Origin: Fimbriosthenelais zetlandica
Taxonomy: Eukaryota
Direction: 5' to 3'
Assembly (NCBI GenBank): GCA_977030845.1
Contig: OZ365113.1
Span: 17,670,001-17,734,000, forward strand
Length of the DNA stretch: 64,000 nt
In this document: positions 63,465 through 64,000 of the stretch, piece by piece
Layout: every line of letters begins with the position of its first letter
Numbering within the stretch: the stretch's first letter is position 1
Translations under genes and position numbers: made by a program
The notes under the pieces: generated by a model
What the model saw: only the letters and a program-made list of their open reading frames with translations
Database searches by the model: none
What the model was told of the DNA's origin: nothing

Positions 63465-64000
63465 TTAAACATGTAATGCCGCTGTTTCTGGTGTTGGTGA
63501 CCGTTCTCTTATATCAGGCAAACGACAGATTGGTTTGCTCTTCATTCCACTAAAAGTGGAGCTTCTTTTCCTGAAGGGAATGGCTTGCAATGTCCAACCC
63601 TCATCCAAGCTGAATAGCTCAGCATTTTCATCTACTGCTGACACTGGTGGTTCATCAGGTGCTTCATCCACCACAATGGAAACTATTGGTTCCACCTGCA
63701 TGACAGGAGAGTTGCTATTGTTTATGCTGTTAACTTGATTGAGGTCAGAACAATTTGAATGAACACTTACAGAAGATCTAGATTCATATTGTTCTGTTTT
63801 GGAGAGTTTGGTTTTACTTGTCAGTAAAGGTTGTGTTGGACAATCACCGCTATATTTGGATCGATCTGTTTTAGCATGCTTATTCAATATGAGCGATTTG
63901 GACTCCCCACCATTAAAGCTCTTACTTCTCTGCCTTATTTCCAAAGGAGACACAGGCAGTTTACTCCCACTTAAAGCTCTCCTGTAGAAATCCAACTCAT
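63465..64000 (-). CDS. Terminal coding region of an unidentified gene running off the window; Ser-rich and probably disordered
   Basis: Open for at least 177 codons to TAA at 63465-63467; protein-like composition with RRxS/RxRxxS motifs; no recognisable domain. Confidence 0.6.
   Translation of the reverse strand, partial: ELDFYRRALSGSKLPVSPLEIRQRSKSFNGGESKSLILNKHAKTDRSKYSGDCPTQPLLTSKTKLSKTEQYESRSSVSVHSNCSDLNQVNSINNSNSPVMQVEPIVSIVVDEAPDEPPVSAVDENAELFSLDEGWTLQAIPFRKRSSTFSGMKSKPICRLPDIRERSPTPETAALHV

Noticed and set aside
1-64000. Numerous short ORFs in the supplied track, many with TTG/GTG/CTG starts; also prokaryotic features such as CRISPR arrays or operons
   Set aside because: The ORFs are shadow frames of exons, intron read-through or chance; no repeat-spacer arrays were seen and the DNA is eukaryotic

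Overview
Eukaryotic, intron-rich animal DNA. It is probably an invertebrate deuterostome and possibly an echinoderm; this is inferred from exon structures and abundant TAGGCCTA motifs and was not verified. I hand-assembled eight spliced genes: SNRPF (+, initiator Met outside the window), a PHF6/PHF11-like ePHD gene with an unrecognised C-terminal domain (-), DALRD3 (+), EXOSC7 (-), a ZDHHC3/7-type palmitoyltransferase (+), a GPR158/179-like class C GPCR (+), PSMG4 (+), and the 3' coding end of an unidentified gene (-). The most notable structure is in the zDHHC gene. Its start codon appears to be split by an intron (AT|G) and can be completed by either of two tandemly duplicated, frame-incompatible exons. 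This predicts two enzymes with different N-termini and TM1/TM2 helices on a shared catalytic core. Other points of interest are the EXOSC7-ZDHHC3 head-to-head arrangement as in human, a Cys-rich insert in DALRD3, a 26-nt ATG-bearing micro-exon for the GPCR, a nested MITE with an intact TSD, and a GC-rich element upstream of PSMG4. No rRNA, tRNA, CRISPR array or intact autonomous transposon was seen. All gene models come from manual translation and remembered homologue sequences; no database searches were run.
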